IMG/VR virus record: IMGVR_UViG_3300002835_009787
DNA length: 64,000 bases
Origin: an uncultured virus (IMG/VR IMGVR_UViG_3300002835_009787)
Lineage: Duplodnaviria > Heunggongvirae > Uroviricota > Caudoviricetes
Strand: one strand, 5' to 3'
In this document: positions 58,137 through 64,000 of the stretch, piece after piece
Layout: every line of letters starts with the position of its first letter
How positions within the stretch are numbered: position 1 is the stretch's first letter
The notes under the pieces: generated by a model
The model's input: the letters and a program-made list of their open reading frames with translations, nothing else
Databases searched by the model: none
What the model was told of the DNA's origin: nothing
Translations under genes and position numbers: made by a program

Positions 58137-58173
58137 ACATAATCTCCTTTTAGTGTTTATTTCCTAGGATATC

Positions 58174-58204
58174 AGTATAGCAGTCTCGTGTACTCACTTG
58201 CAAC
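58174..58204 (-). promoter_or_regulatory. sigma70-type promoter
   Basis: TTGCAA-18nt-TATACT with TG extension. Confidence 0.6.
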
Positions 58205-58365
58205 ATCTGTACTCTTTTTTTCTCGGCGGTCTGAGGACTACCTCGAATTTTTTTATAAGCTTCCATACGGAAGTCTACTAGGGTAAGGGAGGCCTCGCTT
58301 CGCTCGGCCCCCCAAGAAAAAAGGTTTGGGGAGTAGTATTGTGATAGAGGGAGTAATAGAGAGTG

Positions 58366-58773
58366 TTATTGGATGATCCATTGTTGGCCATCTTCTGAAG
58401 CTAAATAGTTTATGGCACTGTTGCCTATCCATTCTGCTTTCCATGCATATTGGCAGCATGGTTTTTCATTGGGGCCTGACTGGCTGTGGCATCCTTTGCC
58501 TACTAGTACACTGAGTAGTGGGAATGTGTCTAGGAACTTTATTACGCAGTCGTGACATAGTCTGACTAGTTGTTCTGGTTCTCCAATTGGATCTGTGAAG
58601 CCGGCATAGTATCCGAAGTGATTGAGATTAAATGCCCATCCATTATCTGGAAAGTTTTCTTGAGTATGATGCGGAGCCATAGACCCGCACCCATGACACA
58701 TGTGAAAGCCATGACGAGGATAATTTGTTGGGTATTCATTCACTTTTTTTTCCTTCGGCTCGCATTCTGCCAC
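58366..58773 (-). CDS. zinc-binding hypothetical protein
   Basis: CHGC...GYY.GF.D...LCHDC; true start may be 58743. Confidence 0.6.
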   Translation of the reverse strand: MAECEPKEKKVNEYPTNYPRHGFHMCHGCGSMAPHHTQENFPDNGWAFNLNHFGYYAGFTDPIGEPEQLVRLCHDCVIKFLDTFPLLSVLVGKGCHSQSGPNEKPCCQYAWKAEWIGNSAINYLASEDGQQWIIQ

Positions 58774-58999
58774 GCTTGCGTGCTGTTACTCCACCCCAGA
58801 TGCCCTGTAGTTCTGGTCGTGACATAGCATAATCTAAACATTCTTGTTTGACTAGACAATCTTTACATATGGCTAATGCTATTTTTACTGTAGGGTAATT
58901 GCCTGGGGCTTCTGGGAACCAGTCACCTTCAGTGTTTCCTTTACATGCGGCGTCTTTCATCCAACGCTGGATATTTAGCATTTCAAGTGGGGTGCTCAT
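58736..58999 (-). CDS. whiB: WhiB-family Fe-S transcription factor
   Basis: WMKDAACKG...WFP...ICKDCLVKQECLDYA...GIWGG.T.R.R. Confidence 0.9.
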   Translation of the reverse strand: MSTPLEMLNIQRWMKDAACKGNTEGDWFPEAPGNYPTVKIALAICKDCLVKQECLDYAMSRPELQGIWGGVTARKRGRMRAEGKKSE

Positions 59000-59169
59000 G
59001 TTAATCCTTTTTGAGTTAATAAAATTTTTTTTATTATACTTAAATAGTGGGTAGCAAATGGTTGGTTCGCAGCATTCATCGGGAATGTGCACACTTACTA
59101 CCCACTAAAAGTTTATTAGTAGGGTTGACCCGCGATCAGTCAGGCCAACCCCACCAAATTTAGATAACC

Positions 59170-60213
59170 TTAGAACGGTACCTCAGCGGTTGCGATATCG
59201 CTGATCTGCTGTTCTGCGGTCTGTACTGGTGCTTTTGTCGAGTTTGACCATACATCGAAGTCGATGGTTTGACCAGCAACTACGGCAGACCAACGACCAC
59301 ATGGGGCGTTTACTGCGTTGTACTTGTTCTCAACGATCTTGCGACCATTGTCAATCTTGGTTTGACGAGCAGCACCAGACCAGCAGTTAGCATAGTCTTT
59401 AGCCATGTCAAGTTCAATCTTGATTTCTGTCTGTGCCTTCTTGATTGCTTCTTGGCTCATTGAACCGATGTTTGTGTTCAACTTGTCTTGCAATACTTTA
59501 GCAACAGACTTGTGGTTCTTTACACGCTCAAAGTTTTCGGTCACTGCACTGACGATGTCAATGAAGCCTTGTCCTGTCTTTGAGAGTGAACGGTCAGATG
59601 TACCAAGTTCAAACGATACAACTTCAAGACCAGCACCATCGCCAGGAATCTTGTAAGCAGTGTTGAATGACTTGCTTGATGCAACAGACTTCATATCGTC
59701 AATTGCTCCAGCTGTACGGAACGCTTCTACTGCGTGTGCGATACCAGCAGGATTTGCACCCATTTGTTGGAACATCAGAGGGCCACCGTTACGAATGCCG
59801 TTGAGCGAAAGGTTGCTCTCCAACATCTTGTTTACTTGGTCATCTGTAAGGGATGTACCGAACGATTCGATGCAGAACTGCTTCATGAGTTCATACAATG
59901 ACATTTCAGTACCATCAACTTCAAGCGTGATGTCTGCTTGGAAGTTATTGAATACACCACCGAATACTTGGCTGATGCGTGGCTCTGCGTCCTGACGACG
60001 GATAACATGGTCACGCACGGTGAGACGGCTCCAGTTAGCATTCTTTACTAGAATGGTGGTTGGAACAGCAACGCCATTGATAGAACCAGCAATTTTGGCT
60101 GGTGTACCAACAGTGATTTTGGTGGTAGTTGAGTTTGATGCAAACAACTCTGGGTTTTCCAAAGCGATTGCGAACTCGTCTTTCTTGTAACCGAATTTTT
60201 CGAGTAATGACAT
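59170..60213 (-). CDS. hypothetical protein with an SSB-like C-terminal tail (ATAEVPF)
   Basis: 347-aa ORF; AAGGAA RBS. Confidence 0.7.
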   Translation of the reverse strand: MSLLEKFGYKKDEFAIALENPELFASNSTTTKITVGTPAKIAGSINGVAVPTTILVKNANWSRLTVRDHVIRRQDAEPRISQVFGGVFNNFQADITLEVDGTEMSLYELMKQFCIESFGTSLTDDQVNKMLESNLSLNGIRNGGPLMFQQMGANPAGIAHAVEAFRTAGAIDDMKSVASSKSFNTAYKIPGDGAGLEVVSFELGTSDRSLSKTGQGFIDIVSAVTENFERVKNHKSVAKVLQDKLNTNIGSMSQEAIKKAQTEIKIELDMAKDYANCWSGAARQTKIDNGRKIVENKYNAVNAPCGRWSAVVAGQTIDFDVWSNSTKAPVQTAEQQISDIATAEVPF

Positions 60214-60292
60214 GTGTTTATTCCTTATGTGTTTATTATGTGGATATGATATGTGTTTATTGCTTATTTTGGGACTAGCCCAAATCTTTGTA

Positions 60293-60472
60293 TTAGTCCT
60301 CGTTAGTTACTTCAGGCTTGTTGTATTCAGCCTTGAAATCAGTTACGAATCCATCTTTTGCACCCTTGAGTGCTTCCATAGTCGCTTTAGTGTTCGTCTT
60401 TAGAAATTCTGGCGTAGCAGTAACTACTTCCACTGATTTGCCAGTAACTTTACCTAGAAATTTACCTAACAT
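60293..60472 (-). CDS. small hypothetical protein (59 aa)
   Basis: MLGKFLGKVTGK...; AAGGAG RBS. Confidence 0.55.
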   Translation of the reverse strand: MLGKFLGKVTGKSVEVVTATPEFLKTNTKATMEALKGAKDGFVTDFKAEYNKPEVTNED

Positions 60473-60577
60473 AATGTTTTTCTCCTTAGTTGAATATTGA
60501 ATCTAATATATCTTGGATAATATCGAATAGCCAATCAAACAACGGTCACCCCCCTCCGAAAATATCCCGACTTATTC

Positions 60578-60844
60578 CTACTTCTGTCGGTTCGTTGGAT
60601 GGTTTAGACGGCCTACAATGCTATTGAATCTAGCGTCTTCATCAGTGTTTACCCATTCAGGGAAATCTAAGTCTTGATTATGATAGTGTCCGTACACTTC
60701 TTGAAATGCTTTACTGGCAGACAATGGGTTATTGCGTAAGCGACGCTTGATTTTTTGTTGCTCAATGCCGCGCACAATGCCAATGACAAAGCCAGTGATA
60801 GCACTAAATGCCATGTAGCCCCAGAATAGTTTCTTATAGTTCAT
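60578..60844 (-). CDS. single-TM protein
   Basis: N-terminal TM helix; AGGAG RBS. Confidence 0.6.
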   Translation of the reverse strand: MNYKKLFWGYMAFSAITGFVIGIVRGIEQQKIKRRLRNNPLSASKAFQEVYGHYHNQDLDFPEWVNTDEDARFNSIVGRLNHPTNRQK

Positions 60845-61039
60845 GCTTATTCTCCTTTGAACAATGTCATCTTTTTGATGTATAATGCTAAGCCGGCAAT
60901 AACGAATGCTATTGTTGTAGTGATTATTGCAAGTTTCTTCACAAGGTTCCTTTCATTGTTTTATTGAATATCTTGCGAAGCCACATCATCATGGTGATAC
61001 TGCCTGCTGCAAATGATATTGAGATTAGCCCGAATGTTT

Positions 61040-61333
61040 TCATGCTGACATCTTTAGAATGTAAGAGTCTAACATGGTTGCATACATATCTACAATAGCT
61101 TTAGCGCGTTCAAATGAATTGATTTCTAGCATAGTGTAGGTTAGGAAGTCAGATGAATCTGGTGTACCACTTGGGCTTTGAATGTTGAATTCAATATGAA
61201 CACTACCATCGTTGTATTTTTCAGCTCGCATTGAACTGATCATACCTTGAGGGCGTGTGTGATATTCGGTTAGTACATTAAGAAAACCATAGGATTCCCA
61301 GTTTTCATCTTTTGTTTCATATTTTGATATCAT
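61040..61333 (-). CDS. hypothetical protein
   Basis: ORF with RBS. Confidence 0.55.
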   Translation of the reverse strand: MISKYETKDENWESYGFLNVLTEYHTRPQGMISSMRAEKYNDGSVHIEFNIQSPSGTPDSSDFLTYTMLEINSFERAKAIVDMYATMLDSYILKMSA

Positions 61334-61501
61334 GTTTTTGCCTTTCAGCGTAGTGTGAGTGTTTTATCTTGTAGAGTGTGGAAATCTTCTAAGCACCAAT
61401 CTTCAGTGGTGATTATAGGACTTCCTTTGGATATGATGGATACTGTTACTGTGAGTTTGGTCTTGTGACATATGGCACACAAACCTTTGCGTGGTATGTC
61501 A

Positions 61502-61744
61502 TCAATCATTTGTATTTTCATGGGTTATTCCCTCCCGACTTATTCCTTTAGAATAATATTCAATGTCTATGTCCTTGTGACATACGCCACAATATATTCC
61601 ACGACAATCTATTTCTTCAAAGTAGAACTGGTGGTTCATACAACGATGTAATTTCCATGGGTTGCCGGCAACATATCGCACAATGCCTCGCACGAATACA
61701 GCCGATATGAGGATTAGAATGACGAGAGGTAAGATGATGTCCAT
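61502..61744 (-). CDS. single-TM protein with Cys motifs
   Basis: TM helix plus C..H and C..C; TAATG coupling. Confidence 0.5.
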   Translation of the reverse strand: MDIILPLVILILISAVFVRGIVRYVAGNPWKLHRCMNHQFYFEEIDCRGIYCGVCHKDIDIEYYSKGISREGITHENTND

Positions 61745-62022
61745 TAGTAGTCTCCATGTTTAGCTGCATCGAGTGATTCGAGGCATGGGTTGCTTCCACA
61801 GCATTGGCAAGGCTTGAGATTATCAAGTGCATCCTGTAAAGAAATAACTTTATCGGACAACTGCTCAATAAGTATTTGGTGTGATTCACAGATCTCAAGC
61901 AATGAGTCTGTACGGCGGTTCATTTCCTTGACCGTTTCTAGCAAAGTCATCTGACTAATCTTTATTAGACCTTCTTTAGTCGCAATAAGATTAACATCAA
62001 ATGAGTCGTCTTGAATTCCCAT
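61744..62022 (-). CDS. coiled-coil protein with a Cys-rich tail
   Basis: start likely MGIQDD after AAGGA. Confidence 0.55.
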   Translation of the reverse strand: MGIQDDSFDVNLIATKEGLIKISQMTLLETVKEMNRRTDSLLEICESHQILIEQLSDKVISLQDALDNLKPCQCCGSNPCLESLDAAKHGDY

Positions 62023-62522
62023 AACAATCCTTTCAATTGAGATGAATAATATAACATATTGATACAACGCTATTCCTGCATATGTCAGACAGTACAATAA
62101 TGTCGCCCTTGTACCAGTGGCCTAGGTTACCCTAAATGTTTAAAAGTCGCTGTAACTCGACTGTTCATCATCAACTTTACATCGGTAGAACGACCGTATG
62201 TATATATAAGTGTTGATTACTCAGCCTGATTCGACATCCATTGGTTTACAGGCTACCAGTACATAGGCTTTTATATGTGTCCTATGATTATTTACACAGA
62301 TTTCTTGCTTTTTTAGCTGCTTCTTGAGCTGCTGTCCATGTTGGAAACCAAGATAGACATTCTTGACAAGTAGCGTCATGATGTTCTACGCTTTCAAATT
62401 CGCAAGGATCAGGTGCTGCTGTTCCGCAAATGTAAGGTTCACTCATGCTATTCTCCTTTTCTCCGACTTATTCCTAAGGATTAGAATACTAGGAACAAAA
62501 AAAAGATTAGGGAACTAGTTGC

Positions 62523-62577
62523 AAAAAAAAATGTCAGTCAAGCCGATATGCGGGGGGGCATACCGACCTGACTGACA
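62523..62577 (-). terminator. terminator-like hairpin
   Basis: TGTCAGTCA/TGACTGACA stem followed by a T-run on the - strand. Confidence 0.6.
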
Positions 62578-62598
62578 AAACGGGCTAAAACTAAAGTG

Positions 62599-63135
62599 TC
62601 AGAAAGGCACTTCAGCAGTAGCAGTGGATGTAACAACTGGCGCAACCAAAGCAGCACCACGGAAGTCAACGAGGATATCGAGGTCATCGATATTGCCACG
62701 CTGAGGGGAAACAGCCAACTCGGCAATGTCATAAGTCAAAGCCGTGTCGTCCTTCAACCAAATGGTCTGGTTGGTCACAGTGTATGTGCCACCAAACTTG
62801 TTGGTCAAGTCTTTCGTCCGCAGTTCGCCCGCAGTAAAGCACTCGCTGTCGTTGAGTACAGCAAGACGGCAACTTGGGTGATACAGTTCACCGTTACTGT
62901 CAGTGGCTGTGCCATCAATGAATGCCTGAGCAATCGCGACGACTTTGCTTGCACGAGCAGCGTCCATCCAGACAGTGTAGTTCACACCAATCTGAAAGCC
63001 TGCTTCCTCACCGAACTTAGCCTGTAGGGTTACAGGAATTTCGGTCTTGCTGAACGAGCCTGAGCCGTCCTTCAAGTTATGTGTGTGCGTTGTAGGTGCA
63101 CCAACCTTAGTGATGAGAAGAGTCATTAGACCCAA
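62599..63135 (-). CDS. hypothetical protein with an SSB-like C-terminal tail (ATAEVPF)
   Basis: 178-aa beta-rich ORF. Confidence 0.7.
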   Translation of the reverse strand: MGLMTLLITKVGAPTTHTHNLKDGSGSFSKTEIPVTLQAKFGEEAGFQIGVNYTVWMDAARASKVVAIAQAFIDGTATDSNGELYHPSCRLAVLNDSECFTAGELRTKDLTNKFGGTYTVTNQTIWLKDDTALTYDIAELAVSPQRGNIDDLDILVDFRGAALVAPVVTSTATAEVPF

Positions 63136-63355
63136 CCCCTTTCTGTGACCGTAGTCACATAAACTACCAGCAACCCGATGTTACCAGTAGGCGAAGTCCC
63201 GAAAGACCCCGACTTATTCAACGGCCAGACCCGTGATGGGGGCCAGACCGCGGAAAATCTCTTGAACCGTGTTTAGAATCAAAGTGGAACCAAGTCTTGG
63301 GGACTAGGCAGAGCACGGTGCTTGTTTAGAATATAACATTAAGATAATACTTATC

Positions 63356-63997
63356 CTAGAGGCCCAGATCCTTGAGCCCCTGGATAAGCAGATCCATCAT
63401 TGATTTCTGCCCACGCTTGCCGGCTTGGAACATTACACGGTCAACTAGACCATAACGCAGATGAGCATTGGCCTTGATGTATTCGCCACGACCTTCGTGA
63501 TACACCCTCTCGTAGCTCATCTTTGGATCAGTCATCCAGCGATAGATAGCAACAGCCATCTTGGTTGGTGACTTGGACGTTTCAATCTCATCGACCATCA
63601 TCTTGACAATGGCTTCCAACTCGGTTGAAGAATACACAGCGTTCCATGCCTTGAAGTAGCGGCTTGACCACTTTGTCTCTTCTGCCTTAGCTTCTGCCTT
63701 ACGCTCGTCAAATGCACGCAACATGTGGATATACTTGGTGTTGAATGCTTCACAGACAGCCTGTGTTTGATCTGACAGTGTAGGGATTAACTGTTGCAGT
63801 TGAGGAATTAACTCAGAACGCATGCGGAGATAGATGGTGTTCTTCTTCTCTTCGCGTACATCCTTGAGTACCTTGATGTAGTGCTCACTGAGCTCTGCCA
63901 ATGGTCCATCATAGACATTACCTTCCAACTCATGCTTGAACCGATCAGGGATACGACTCATCATGTAGCTGTCAATCTTGATATCTTGTTTGACCAT
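63356..63997 (-). CDS. hypothetical protein (may extend beyond the window)
   Basis: 213-aa ORF at the window edge. Confidence 0.6.
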   Translation of the reverse strand: MVKQDIKIDSYMMSRIPDRFKHELEGNVYDGPLAELSEHYIKVLKDVREEKKNTIYLRMRSELIPQLQQLIPTLSDQTQAVCEAFNTKYIHMLRAFDERKAEAKAEETKWSSRYFKAWNAVYSSTELEAIVKMMVDEIETSKSPTKMAVAIYRWMTDPKMSYERVYHEGRGEYIKANAHLRYGLVDRVMFQAGKRGQKSMMDLLIQGLKDLGL

Positions 63998-64000
63998 ATC

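Noticed and set aside
59000..59092. N-terminal extension of the third WhiB
   Set aside because: It runs through an intergenic hairpin; the ATG at 58999 has an RBS.
53661..63027. + strand ORFs such as 53661-54200, 59660-59995 and 62596-63027
   Set aside because: They fully overlap better-supported - strand genes and lack RBS or motifs.
57517..63310. GGACTAGGCA repeated at 57517 and 63301 (partial at 60272)
   Set aside because: Only two exact 10-bp copies, too few to distinguish from chance.

Overview
This is a 64-kb segment of a large, AT-rich tailed phage genome. The host is probably an actinobacterium, most likely Acidimicrobiia-like (inferred from three WhiB genes, an actinobacterial-type ferredoxin and a leaderless gene). 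The + strand block (1-15.3 kb) holds a modification cluster (clavaminate-synthase-like dioxygenase, methyltransferases, GT2, GT17), two cell-wall-hydrolase-domain genes that each appear split by a +1 frameshift near their 5' end, and a large membrane-anchored FnIII protein. The rest is almost all on the - strand: lysis-type membrane genes, ferredoxin, HNH, KTSC, UDG-like, SSB, helicase, proteases, a probable single-chain two-barrel RNA polymerase, seven conventional tRNAs and one D-armless tRNA-like gene. The standout is an apparently complete phage-encoded ubiquitin-like conjugation system: E2-like, JAB, E1/ThiF, a Ubl ending GEKG and an AAA+ ATPase, two more E2-like paralogs, and a proteasome-beta/HslV-like Thr protease downstream. 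Other notable signals are a tandem pair of covarying pseudoknotted RNAs inside the tRNA cluster, an RNAP with apparently permuted catalytic motifs, shared SSB-like C-terminal tails (ATAEVPF), a switch-like leader before a lytic transglycosylase, and a recurrent 13-bp motif. All calls come from reading motifs by eye; no database searches were run.
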